Origin: a virus
Lineage: Duplodnaviria; Caudoviricetes
Virus record (IMG/VR): IMGVR_UViG_3300035562_000082
Location: 1 to 64,000 of that record
Reading direction: 5' to 3' (one strand)
Length of the DNA: 64,000 bases
The notes beneath the pieces were generated by a model that worked only from the letters and a program-made list of their open reading frames with translations, searched no databases and was not told where the DNA came from. Positions 10,768-20,473 of the stretch are shown in pieces. The translations under genes and the position numbers were made by a program. Numbering within the stretch: position 1 is the stretch's first letter; every line of letters begins with the position of its first letter.

Positions 10768-11193
10768 ATGTCCAAGAACCAATCTGCGTCGTTTGCGAAG
10801 TGGTATGACAAGAACAAACAGGCGTTGGCTGAGCGCCGGGCGAAGCGTTACCTGAATGACGCGAAGTACAGACAGAAGATCATCGATCGTAGCCGACTCA
10901 ATCGCGCGAACAACAAACCCAGTCAACCGAATCCCGAGGGCTACGACCATCACATGATGGGCGCGGCCGAGGCCCTGGGGATCACCATCTGGACGTTGCG
11001 CGAGTGGCGGAAGAAGGACTATTTTCCTGAGCCCGTGGAGTTCAAGGGCCGGCTGTGGTTCACCGGCAATCAGTTGCAGGCCCTGAGGTTGCTCAAGCAG
11101 TTCTTTGTCAAACACGGAGTACGGACCAGCGCGGCAAACCGCGAGGCGTTGGATACGCTGGTAGGTCAAATCTATGCAAATTGGGAAGACTGA
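10768..11193 (+). CDS. MerR-like HTH DNA-binding protein
   Basis: AAEALGITIWTLREWRKKDYFPEP...GRLWFT. Confidence 0.7.
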   Translation: MSKNQSASFAKWYDKNKQALAERRAKRYLNDAKYRQKIIDRSRLNRANNKPSQPNPEGYDHHMMGAAEALGITIWTLREWRKKDYFPEPVEFKGRLWFTGNQLQALRLLKQFFVKHGVRTSAANREALDTLVGQIYANWED

Positions 11194-11196
11194 CAA

Positions 11197-11586
11197 ATGG
11201 CCGTTACTATTCTAGTCAATCAACAGGCCAAGTCCGAGGCCAAGGTTAATCCGGTGTACGCCCAGCATCTTGCGTCCACACCGATCAAAGGCAAGATCAC
11301 GATCACCCATGAAAGTAAGAAGAACGGTCAACAACAACAAAAGATCATAAAAGATCAAGAGGAACTTGTACATCCGGGAGTGACGATTCCACCAGATCAA
11401 CTGTATTTGCTAACGGTGGAAGGTAGTTATACGATTAATCTGGGGAATTTTGAATCGGCCCGTATTGGCGTGGCAATTCGTATGCCCACGATCAAGGCTG
11501 ATTTGGAGGACGCGTATCTCTGGTGTAACGAATGGATCAGCACCAAGATGGATACGGCGGTGGCCAATGCCAAGGGAGAGGGTTGA
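11197..11586 (+). CDS. Hypothetical protein
   Basis: In operon; TINLGNFESARI motif seen in conserved phage proteins. Confidence 0.55.
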   Translation: MAVTILVNQQAKSEAKVNPVYAQHLASTPIKGKITITHESKKNGQQQQKIIKDQEELVHPGVTIPPDQLYLLTVEGSYTINLGNFESARIGVAIRMPTIKADLEDAYLWCNEWISTKMDTAVANAKGEG

Positions 11587-12677
11587 TGGGCGTTACGGTC
11601 TCGTCCAAAGCCGGCCCACCGCTTGCTAGTGAATTGGATGCGGCGGTTGCGGAGTTGATCAAGGCCAAGGGCGAGCACGCGGTGGTCAACGGCTCGCAGA
11701 TACTGGCGGTTGAACGTCTGCCGACCGGGGTTTTTGAGTTTGATCTGGCAACTGGTGGTGGGTTTCCCCGGGGTCGGTATTCGATTATCTACGGTCCGGA
11801 GGGTTCGGGTAAGACCAATCTTGGGTACTGTGGGATAGCCCAGGCACAGAGACTGCCCCCACCGTGTAATAAGGCGGTGCTGATCAACGTCGAGGGCACG
11901 TACGATAAGAAGTGGGCGGCCATGCATGGGGTGGACGTGCAGAAGCTGATCGTGGCCAATCCTGGGTACGGTGAAGAGATGGTGGACATGACCATCAAGT
12001 TGGTACAGGCCAATGATGTGGCGTTTTTGATGGTCGATAGCCTGGGGGTGGTGGTCAGTACAGCGGAGATCGAACGATCGGCCGAGGACGCGGATGTGGG
12101 GACCGCCCCCATGTTGGTCAAGCGGCTGGTTAGTAAGTTGGTGATGGCCTTTGAAGAGGAACGACGGCGAGCACATCATCCGGCGGTGTTGTTTATCAAC
12201 CAGATACGGTACAAGATTGGCGTGCGGTATGGTGATCCCGAGCGTATGCCCGGTGGACAAGCGCTGTTATTTCTGTCGAGTTTGACAGGCCGGGCGTCTA
12301 GTCGAAAGATGATGTTGAAGGAGGTTCATCCGGATCTTCCGGCGTTCATGGAAATGAACATGGTGATCAAGAAGGCCAAGGTGCCGATCACTAGTATGAA
12401 CTTCGAGTTCAAGATGTGCTTGTACCCGCACGATACGCTGAAGGTCGGGCAGACTCGTAGTTGGAATCGCGTGTCGGATGAACTGAAGGCCCTGGGGCAT
12501 CTGGTGAAGGTCCCCAAGGGCTGGCGGTTGTTGAAGCAAGAAGCGCCTACGCTGTCGGTATTTGAAGACACGTACGATGCTGAGCCGGAGTACGCGCGTA
12601 GGCTTCAGCAGTTGGTGGTGGCCGCGTACAAGGACAAGATGTTCCTGGTGGAGCCCAAGGTTGGGGCAGCAAAATGA
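11586..12677 (+). CDS. recA: RecA/UvsX-like recombinase
   Basis: LPTGVFEFDLATGGGFPRGR, YGPEGSGKT, VDSL, FINQIRYKIGVRYGDPERMPGG. Confidence 0.93.
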   Translation: MGVTVSSKAGPPLASELDAAVAELIKAKGEHAVVNGSQILAVERLPTGVFEFDLATGGGFPRGRYSIIYGPEGSGKTNLGYCGIAQAQRLPPPCNKAVLINVEGTYDKKWAAMHGVDVQKLIVANPGYGEEMVDMTIKLVQANDVAFLMVDSLGVVVSTAEIERSAEDADVGTAPMLVKRLVSKLVMAFEEERRRAHHPAVLFINQIRYKIGVRYGDPERMPGGQALLFLSSLTGRASSRKMMLKEVHPDLPAFMEMNMVIKKAKVPITSMNFEFKMCLYPHDTLKVGQTRSWNRVSDELKALGHLVKVPKGWRLLKQEAPTLSVFEDTYDAEPEYARRLQQLVVAAYKDKMFLVEPKVGAAK

Positions 12678-12864
12678 ATTGTGAGGATTGTAAATTTCAT
12701 GAGAATTGGGGTGAGTCTGGAGATCAATATCACCATATGTGTGTCAATCCCAGGCTTCAGGCGTTGATTACTAAGTTCAATCCGCCTAATCGGGGCGTGC
12801 GTTGTAACGAGACCCGGGAGTTTGATTTCGCTTGTGGAGCGGATGCTGCGTGGTTTGAATCGAA

Positions 12865-13191
12865 ATGAGGCGGCACGGTACGGCTAGTGAGAAACGAGTG
12901 GCCAAGAAGCTGGGTGCGCGGTTGACCCCGGCGTCAGGAGCGTTGGACGGTGCCAAGGCCGATATGAACTTGGGGAGGTTCAAGATCGAGGCCAAGAGCA
13001 CGGTGAACCTCACGTTGGCCCTGGAGTCCCAGTGGCTGGTGAAGATCTCTCAGGAAGCGGTGGCCGGTGGTCAGATACCGGCGATCACGCTATCATTTGT
13101 GACGCCCGAGGGTAAACCCAGGATGCAGCGGAATGCTGAATGGGTAGCAATCCCAATGTGGGTTTTTGCTGAACTTACGTCAAATGGGTAA
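12865..13191 (+). CDS. Hjc-like PD-(D/E)XK Holliday-junction resolvase
   Basis: SEKRVAK...SGA...KADM...IEAKST. Confidence 0.7.
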   Translation: MRRHGTASEKRVAKKLGARLTPASGALDGAKADMNLGRFKIEAKSTVNLTLALESQWLVKISQEAVAGGQIPAITLSFVTPEGKPRMQRNAEWVAIPMWVFAELTSNG

Positions 13192-14074
13192 TTGGCTAAA
13201 GAATGCGACGATCAATGCTCAGGCGCCGAAGTTTGGGGTGATCGACGTACTGCGGCAGAACATGGGCGGCTATCAACCCGCGCGATCGATCGACGTTGTA
13301 CACGCGTCGGACCTTACGAAATCCAGTTTTTGTCCCCGGCACATTGCGCTGCTGTTGTTGAACGAGCAGTCGAAGAAGGACGAGTGGGTGAGCACGGCCT
13401 TGGGCGCGACCTACGGTGTAGGACGGATGACCGCGCGGTTGGTGGTCGATGAGTGGCTGGGGCAGAAGATCATCGGTAATTGGGAGTGTGAACGCTGTGG
13501 CCATCAGATCACCATGCAGCCCAAACCCAATTATCCGTGTCCAAGTGCGTACAACGTGCATCGATGGGAGTATCGTGAGCCGGAGTTCACGAGCCAAGAG
13601 TACGGGGTCACGGGCAGCATTGACGCGTTTGTGGATCTGGGGCAGAAGTTGATCACCACGGAGATCAAGATCCTGAACGTCGATGACTGGGAGACGCTAA
13701 TCGCGCCCCTGCCGGAGCACCGTATTCGCACGAGCATGTACCTGAAGATCATCGCGGATAGCGGTAGTCCGTTCACGGACAAGATCAATCTGCATGAGGC
13801 ACGTACGTTGTACGTTAGTCGAGGCTATGGCCGTAAGCACGTGGTGTACAACGAGATCCTGCCGTTCAAGGAGTTCGTGGTCAAGCGCGATGACGCACTA
13901 TTGGACCGGCCGTTGACCATGGCCAAGCAGGTAAAGGACTTCCGCGAGCAGCAGTTGATGCCCAGTGGTATCTGCGCCACGGCGTTGGACAAGCACGCGC
14001 GGGCGTGCACGACCTGTCATGCGTGTTTCAGTGGCAAGCACCCAGCGGTCCAGCCGGCGATCAAGCCATGGTAG
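13184..14074 (+). CDS. Cas4-like PD-(D/E)XK exonuclease
   Basis: HASDL...FCPR, GSIDAF...TEIK and a C-terminal Cys cluster (C...CTTCHAC). Confidence 0.7.
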   Translation: MGNWLKNATINAQAPKFGVIDVLRQNMGGYQPARSIDVVHASDLTKSSFCPRHIALLLLNEQSKKDEWVSTALGATYGVGRMTARLVVDEWLGQKIIGNWECERCGHQITMQPKPNYPCPSAYNVHRWEYREPEFTSQEYGVTGSIDAFVDLGQKLITTEIKILNVDDWETLIAPLPEHRIRTSMYLKIIADSGSPFTDKINLHEARTLYVSRGYGRKHVVYNEILPFKEFVVKRDDALLDRPLTMAKQVKDFREQQLMPSGICATALDKHARACTTCHACFSGKHPAVQPAIKPW

Positions 14075-14565
14075 CGCGGTGTGTGGGGATTGACCCAGGC
14101 ACGCACGTTGGTCTGGCGTGTGTGGACATCGAGAACCCGCAGGACATTACCGGGCGGTGTATCCACTTTCCGAAGCTCACGGGCTGGCCCCGTCTACAGG
14201 CTATAGCTCATCAGGTCCGACAGTCGATAGAGATCTGGCAACCGTCGGTGGTCATGGTCGAGGGCTATATTATTCGACATCGTTCTTCGGCGGTGGCCAT
14301 TATTTCCTGTGGAACTGTGGTACGGCAGGTGTTGTTCGATCTGCATCTGCATTGGACCGAGGTCGAGCCCATGACGCTTAAGAAATGGACGACCGGCAAT
14401 GGCGGGGCAAAAAAAGAGCAAATGGCACTTGCAATTAAAGAGCGCTTTGGCTATTCTCATGCATCGGATGATGTAATCGATGCTGTGGCGCTGGCTCAAC
14501 TGGGCGTCCACCTTGGGGTGATCGGGGCAGACCCCACCGTAAAAGGACTGACCCCTGGTTGGTAG
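14068..14565 (+). CDS. ruvC: RuvC-like resolvase
   Basis: VGIDPG, VMVEGY, PMTLKKWTTGNGGAKKEQM, DDVIDAVALA. Confidence 0.85.
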   Translation: MVARCVGIDPGTHVGLACVDIENPQDITGRCIHFPKLTGWPRLQAIAHQVRQSIEIWQPSVVMVEGYIIRHRSSAVAIISCGTVVRQVLFDLHLHWTEVEPMTLKKWTTGNGGAKKEQMALAIKERFGYSHASDDVIDAVALAQLGVHLGVIGADPTVKGLTPGW

Positions 14566-14579
14566 CAAGGAGTGTAAAA

Positions 14580-15404
14580 ATGGATCAATTGATGCAGTTG
14601 CCTCTCTACAGAAAAAACGTGTTCAAGACCTGGATCAGGCGCGCGATCAAAGACGCCGCGAAGTACGTGGCCCGGGACAGCAAGCGCGCGAGCGTGCTGC
14701 ATGCGTTGATCGGCATGGCCACGGAGGTCGGGGACTTGTTCCAGGCCCTTCAGCAGTACCTGCTGGAAGGCCGGATGAGTTCCGGCGCCAAGGACGCGGC
14801 GTTTGAGGAAATGGGCGACCTGGGGTATTACCTTGTGGTCACGGCCAAGATGTTGAAGGTCAGGCTGCCCGGCGCCGGCAAGAAGATCAAGCTCGTGGGC
14901 ACGCGCGGCAAGGCCCTGATGGACCTTCAGACGGTGGTCACCAAGTTGCTGAGCACCGGCAAGCACGCGCTGGAGAGCGTGGCCGAGAAGGAAGTACAGA
15001 AGGCCGTTCCGGCGCGGGCGGAGGTGACGAACAAGGCCGGCAAGGTCATTCGGCCGGCGACGGTGGCCGGAACCAAGACCGTCATGGTGTTGGACCCTGA
15101 GAAGCAGAAGGAAATCGATCAAGAGGTGCATGATCAACAGGAGGAACTGTTGGTTCAAGCGGCGGATCTGTACTACCGACTGTGCTACGACCTGTTTCAA
15201 CAGCCCCCGGCAGCGGTGTTCTACGGCAATGTCGTGAAGCTTCAGACGCTGCATCAAGGGGTGGCGTTCGAACTGACGGCGCCGAAGGCAGTGGCGAAGG
15301 CCCCGGCGAAGCCCGTGAAGGCCGCGAAGACCGTGGCCAAGAAAGCGGGGAAAACCGCTGGGAAATCAGCGAGTAAGGGCCAGCAAGTGGCGGCAGCGGC
15401 GTAA
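14580..15404 (+). CDS. MazG-like nucleotide pyrophosphatase domain with Ala/Lys-rich tail
   Basis: LHALIGMATEVGDL...EEMGDLGYY; C-terminal AKP/AAK repeats. Confidence 0.55.
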   Translation: MDQLMQLPLYRKNVFKTWIRRAIKDAAKYVARDSKRASVLHALIGMATEVGDLFQALQQYLLEGRMSSGAKDAAFEEMGDLGYYLVVTAKMLKVRLPGAGKKIKLVGTRGKALMDLQTVVTKLLSTGKHALESVAEKEVQKAVPARAEVTNKAGKVIRPATVAGTKTVMVLDPEKQKEIDQEVHDQQEELLVQAADLYYRLCYDLFQQPPAAVFYGNVVKLQTLHQGVAFELTAPKAVAKAPAKPVKAAKTVAKKAGKTAGKSASKGQQVAAAA

Positions 15405-15490
15405 ATCGGCAATCAATTGCCATCCCTATTGACAAACGGCTGTTCTGTGTTAAGATCGACACGCACAGCCCATCCTGTAAGGAGTATGGA

Positions 15491-16288
15491 ATGAGCACAG
15501 TTCAGACAACGCAACCTCAGGGGACTACCACTGTGAGCACGGGCAAAGGCAAGGCCGCCAAGCCCACGACCGGCAATCATTTGCTGGATGTCGCGCAGGT
15601 GGTGGAGAACCTGACGCGCGTTCAGGCGCTGCATCGGGCGGACAACTTGGTCGAGACCATTGACGAGACGTACTTTGAACTGGGGGGTGTGCTGAAGTTG
15701 ATCAGTGAAAAATCCTGGTTCGAGGGCTACGACAGTTTCGAGTTGTTCGTCCAACAGAAATACAACTTCGCCGGCAGGAAGGCCCGGTACTTGATCAGCA
15801 TCTACGACAATCTGGTGACCAAGCAGATTCCGTGGGAGTTGGTCAAGGACCTGGGGTGGACGAAGCTCAAGGACCTTGCGCCGGTCCTCACGCAGGACAA
15901 CGCGGAGGAGTGGGTGGCGAAGGTCAAGGACCTCACGTACCTGGAGATGATGGCGCTGCTGAAGGCCCAGGTCAGCCCTACCGGTGAGCCCTCTGCCTCG
16001 ACAACCAGCGACTCGCACACGATCAAGTTCAAGCTCAAGGCTGATCAGGTGGAGATCGTGCAGAAGGCTCTGGCGAAGGCCAAGGGCGAGCTTAACACTC
16101 AGTACGACAGCGTGGCCATCGAGAACATCTGTGCGGGGTACGTCGGAGGCACCATCAGCGCCGCTGGGCAGATCTCGCCGGAAATGCTGTTTCAGCAACT
16201 GGGGTACAACAAGGTGCTGGATGTGTTCGGCGCGGTGTTCCCGGAGATCGATGTGAAGGTCACGGTGCCGGCGGCTATCGCGGCTTGA
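15491..16288 (+). CDS. Hypothetical protein, probably DNA-binding (DUF3102-like)
   Basis: YFELGGVL...GYDSFELFV...FAGRKARYLI...LGWTKL; has its own promoter and an upstream GCAATCAATTGC site. Confidence 0.5.
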   Translation: MSTVQTTQPQGTTTVSTGKGKAAKPTTGNHLLDVAQVVENLTRVQALHRADNLVETIDETYFELGGVLKLISEKSWFEGYDSFELFVQQKYNFAGRKARYLISIYDNLVTKQIPWELVKDLGWTKLKDLAPVLTQDNAEEWVAKVKDLTYLEMMALLKAQVSPTGEPSASTTSDSHTIKFKLKADQVEIVQKALAKAKGELNTQYDSVAIENICAGYVGGTISAAGQISPEMLFQQLGYNKVLDVFGAVFPEIDVKVTVPAAIAA

Positions 16289-16818
16289 GATTGTGCAAGG
16301 ATCGGAGTGTGGGGGTTCGAAAGAACTTCCACATCAGGACACTCTAGCTAGGGCAGGCAAGGGTTGCTCCTTGTTGAGTCCAACAGGCGTACGACTGGTT
16401 AGAGTCTCCTGATGTGGGTTTAGAAGGAAGCACGATCATGACTCTGGAGGGTGAGAATCCCGAGGAGGTAGCTGGCCAGTACTTGATCGTGTTTCCTTGT
16501 GGGCGTACAAGCGAGGGTGGTCTTGGCAGTGGCTGCGGTTACTCCGGTAGATCCTAGGCAAACTCCGGGGAAGAAGCGTAAGTCCCGGTACTTGACCACT
16601 CTCCCTTGTGGGTCTGGTGAAGGAGCGTGTTTATGGGCAAGTGGTTTTGGGTTGCGGGTGGGTGGCATCATATGGACCATGATCCGGAGTATGGTGAGTG
16701 GTTCCTTGATGGGACACTGTTGCCGAAGTACACTGGGGATGACGCACCATTTTCGATGCCGAATGCTGGTATCAGCGAGCCGCAAGTTGGTACGCCGGTT
16801 GGGTCGGGGGGTTGAAGG

Positions 16819-17037
16819 ATGTTGGGCAATAAGGAATGGGATTGTCCGTACTTGTTTAAGGACGTGAATTGTAAGTACCAAGGACCGGAGCAATTCTGTG
16901 GTAAGACCTTTGAGTGTTGTCGGGCGCTGGGTAATGAGCATCGGTTTGGTGGCAGACCACAGCGTCCTGGAGAGGGTCTAGAAGTGAATGCGGTTGCCGT
17001 CAAGCAGTGGTTAGCAGGTGTTGATCCTGCGGTTTAG
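16819..17037 (+). CDS. Small Cys-rich protein resembling the C-terminal Cys domain of phage tail-tip proteins
   Basis: C...CKYQG...CGKTFECCRALGNEHRFGG. Confidence 0.45.
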   Translation: MLGNKEWDCPYLFKDVNCKYQGPEQFCGKTFECCRALGNEHRFGGRPQRPGEGLEVNAVAVKQWLAGVDPAV

Positions 17038-17039
17038 AG

Positions 17040-17250
17040 ACCGTGGTGGGAGCCCGCTGTTAAAACACCTTCGGGTGTCCCAAGTTTGAAATAAGGGGAT
17101 TCGTCCCGTTACCGCATTCTCTTGTGGATCTATGGTGGTTTAGAGGGCAGTCCTTGTCTGGGGGTTGATTGGTTCGCTGGTAGCGGCCACAGCGGGTGGC
17201 TTAAAATAGCTATCGTCCGATCGGCGATACAAGGATTGCCCTGTGGATCA
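17040..17250 (+). ncRNA. Candidate structured ncRNA
   Basis: No ORF; two UUCG hairpins (17065-17078, 17096-17107), a 14-bp stem 17144-17157/17229-17242, and 8-nt complementarity 17053-17060/17189-17196. Confidence 0.45.
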
Positions 17251-17299
17251 CCTGTTGGTCTACAATGTAGAGATGTTTAACGCCTAAGGAGTAGGGATC

Positions 17300-17614
17300 A
17301 TGGCTCAAACGCAACTGAAGTTGGCAGAAGCGCTGTTACGGCGCAAGGAATTGCAGGGGAAGGTCGATGTCCTGAAGCAGATCAAGGACAAGAACCTTTT
17401 CGAGGTCAAGGCCACGCGCAAGAACGTCACGGAGAACATCGATGACATCGTGGTGGCAGTACCGAAGTTGACGGCCAGTCAGGTGACGGCGGAATTCGAT
17501 TTCTACGCCCGGCAATTGCGGTTGATCGACGCCGCGATTCAACAAGCGAATTGGACGACCGAGTTGTCGGTCGAGCCGTCGGTGATGTCCGACTACGTGG
17601 CATCGAAGGACTGA
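17300..17614 (+). CDS. DIP1984-like small helical protein
   Basis: LKLAEALLRRKELQ...LRLIDAAIQQANWTTEL; TAAGGAG RBS. Confidence 0.7.
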   Translation: MAQTQLKLAEALLRRKELQGKVDVLKQIKDKNLFEVKATRKNVTENIDDIVVAVPKLTASQVTAEFDFYARQLRLIDAAIQQANWTTELSVEPSVMSDYVASKD

Positions 17615-17618
17615 AAAC

Positions 17619-17899
17619 GGGTGGGCGCTGGATTGGAGGCGGAGGCCGCACGGAGCCTTAATCCGTACCTGTTGCGCGACAGGGTTGCATGGGGTACGCC
17701 ATTAAACGTACCGAGCCCGTTCTGGTGGCGAAAGCCGATGAACACCAAACTGTTAACTTGGACGCAATGCCCCGGTGAAAGCCGGGTAACTCCGAATACG
17801 GAGAACATCCGTACAGGGTACGTCCGATTGACCGATTGGGATTACAGTTGAATTCCGCTTACGAGAAGCCCGACTAACCACGCCCCAGGGCGCCCCACC
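17619..17899 (+). ncRNA. Candidate structured ncRNA immediately downstream of the DIP1984-like gene
   Basis: Closing helix 17620-17631/17885-17899 encloses at least 6 hairpins, including two GAAA tetraloops. Confidence 0.5.
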
Positions 17900-17915
17900 T
17901 TTACTCACAAGGAGT

Positions 17916-18380
17916 GTGAAGATGAAGACCATGGAACAGATCGTCGCCCGGGTGACGGCCAGTACGTCGTTTCTTGGGTTCGACCGAGAAGTGCTTGTTC
18001 CGTATCTGAAGTTCGATTTGGCACGGCCGTTTCTCAAGCCCGAGGCCATCCGTGAGGAATGGTTTCCGCTGTCGTTGGTGCGCGAGGACGTGCTCAAGGA
18101 AATGCGAGAGTACATGGCGGAGTCCGGGTGGGACAAGGCTCGTAACCACCGAGGTATCAGCGCCAACCGATCGACGGAGAAGATGGAAGCCTGGGACTGG
18201 CTGCTGTCGGACGACGGGCAGGAACTGGACTTTGAGAAAATTCCGTATGCGAATTACGGGTGCCCGCAGCTTGCGGCGGTGTGCCGGAAATACGGATTCC
18301 CAATTCCCGAGACCGAGGACGTGCAGCGGATGATCAAGGGCCTACCGTGTACGCCTGATTGTCAGATGGGGTGCGGTTAG
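17916..18380 (+). CDS. Hypothetical protein
   Basis: CAAGGAGTG RBS; phage-like codon usage. Confidence 0.6.
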   Translation: MKMKTMEQIVARVTASTSFLGFDREVLVPYLKFDLARPFLKPEAIREEWFPLSLVREDVLKEMREYMAESGWDKARNHRGISANRSTEKMEAWDWLLSDDGQELDFEKIPYANYGCPQLAAVCRKYGFPIPETEDVQRMIKGLPCTPDCQMGCG

Positions 18381-18665
18381 TTTGCAATTGATTGCCAAGG
18401 AGTGTGCAATGGCCAGAAGTAATGGCGAGATAAAACGGCCGATCAAGGCCCTGTTTTACGATCGGAAGCACAAGGTCATTCGTACGCTCAGTGGTGTGCA
18501 CGCCAGCACCATGGACGAGCGGATTCACGGTCACATGTCGCGTGATGAGTACGGGGCCAAGAGCGCCGAGATGTCGAACGTCAGTACTGGTAGGCTGTTG
18601 GCCCAGTATCGAAACACTCCGCTAATGGCCTTCGCCACGTACAAGGTCAGTCCGAAGAACTTCAA

Positions 18666-19052
18666 ATGACGCAGCGAGACCGGAAGGCCGGGGTGGTTCG
18701 TGCGGGCAAGCTGCGGGCGGCTATTCGAGCGGCGTTGAATGCTCCGGGTACGCGGATGAGCGCGGCGGATTTGGTGAAGCTGCCGTTGGTCAAGGCCCTG
18801 AAGTACAAGAGCAGCCAGCTTCAGCAGATTGCTCAACGCATGGTTGATTCCGGGGAATTGACTAAAGACGAAGGACCTTCGAAGGTGTTTTTGTACTCGA
18901 AGAAGCGTGGGTCAAGATTGGTTGTGCGTGAGATCGAGGGTGAACAGCCGGAACCGAATAAGCGTCGGATGTTGCGGGTGGATTTTGTGAAGGCCACGGG
19001 CAGGGTACGGTTTGAACTTGGTGGGGTGTTGATTGAGATTGGAGTGGTGTGA
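18666..19052 (+). CDS. Putative winged-HTH DNA-binding protein
   Basis: Basic protein; AQRMVDSGEL-type wing motif. Confidence 0.4.
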   Translation: MTQRDRKAGVVRAGKLRAAIRAALNAPGTRMSAADLVKLPLVKALKYKSSQLQQIAQRMVDSGELTKDEGPSKVFLYSKKRGSRLVVREIEGEQPEPNKRRMLRVDFVKATGRVRFELGGVLIEIGVV

Positions 19053-19530
19053 TGGAACAGTGGATGGCTATCGGCGTATTGACTGTAGTAGCCGGTACTC
19101 TCTTTGTTTGTTATGAAATTGGTGCGTTGTTGATCGAGATCGGAGTTGTATGATCGACATGGTGGAGTATCGGTTTTGGTTGCTTCGACAGGTGTGCTAC
19201 AAGTGCGGAGCACGGCAAGCGGATAGAACACGAGACGCCAGTGGCAAGGTGACCTCCAGCCAGTGGCGAACGGAAGTTGATTGTGGATGCCCGGATGTAC
19301 CGGGGCTGCCGGAGGTTGAGGCCCGTAGTTTGTGGTTGGCCGATGGACATAAACCGATCTGGTGATCGCATGAAAAATTCACAGTTTTATACGATCTTGG
19401 TATTGATTATGGTCAGTCCTGGGTTGTATGAACCCGGTCGGTATCAGGAGTTTAGACAAGCGTTTGCGACAGCGATTTTGTTGATCAACGGTGTGCTGTT
19501 AGTGGCATCGATAGTGATGGAGTGGAAAAA

Positions 19531-19604
19531 GACCCGTTCGACTTCGGGTGAGGTCAAGGGGCCTTCAACTCCTTAAGGCGAGTTCGACTCTCGCACGGGT
19601 CACC
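19531..19604 (+). tRNA. tRNA-Glu(TTC)-like gene, atypical
   Basis: GACCCGT/ACGGGTC acceptor, GACT/GGTC D stem, AGGGG/CTCCT anticodon stem with CCTTCAA loop, GCGAG-TTCGACT-CTCGC T arm; C33 and a 3' ACCC. Confidence 0.7.
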
Positions 19605-20473
19605 CATGACCGTTACGATCATATATGCGCCGCTTACACTAGAGCGGGCGCTGGAAGAACTGACTAACGGACGCAAAGACACGTTGATGATGGTTCATCG
19701 ACACACGGGTGTCATGTATCAGGTGATAAAGTACGATCCCCAGGAACGGACGATCAAGCTGTCTGGCATAGCGGGAAAGAAGAAGCCGTTTACGTCGCAT
19801 GTAGGCCCGAAAGAACTTGAGGTGTACAAGCCGGTGTGGAGGTGAGGGTGGAGGGGCCAGTGGCGTGGATGAACCCCCAGGGATGGACGATCAGTGCCAG
19901 GGGTAAGTGTGATCTGGCGAAGCTGACGAACGAGGTAGACCCGTACACTATTCCCCTGGGTCTGTATGAACGACTACAGGAGCTTGAGCAGTTTGTGAAC
20001 GTCGTGGCCGGTGGGCCGCCGTTGGCCGATGGTCAGACGACCGCTAGTGACGGGGAGTGGCTTCAATGGGCAAACGCGTGTGTGAAGATCGGTCGCAGGT
20101 TGGACCGCACGCAGCATGAGCTAGAACGATGAAGTTCACGCATCCGAATCAACGAGAACGTTGTGCGTATTGTGGGACGCCAATTTGGTTTGGGTTGTTC
20201 CCTCGATGTTGTGCGGTACGGAAGGTCGATCATGAAAAAGTACGACGTGACGATCACCAAGACCACGCGCATGCAGGTAGAGGCCGAGGACGAACAAGTG
20301 GCCCGAGAGGCGGCTAAGGACTTGGTGCGTGAGCACGAGATTTTTGAAACCATTGATATTCAGGTTGAAGTATTGAGTGGATCTTGAGAAAGGAGGTGGA
20401 AGAAAAGAGACATGTTTGTAAAAGGTAAGGGAAGTACCCTCTTGTGTTTTTAAACTCTAGGAGTGAGCTTAAA

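Noticed and set aside
19557-19573. Opal-suppressor or Sec reading (TCA anticodon) of the tRNA-like element
   Set aside because: That register gives a poor anticodon stem; the TTC register pairs 5/5 and fits canonical spacing.
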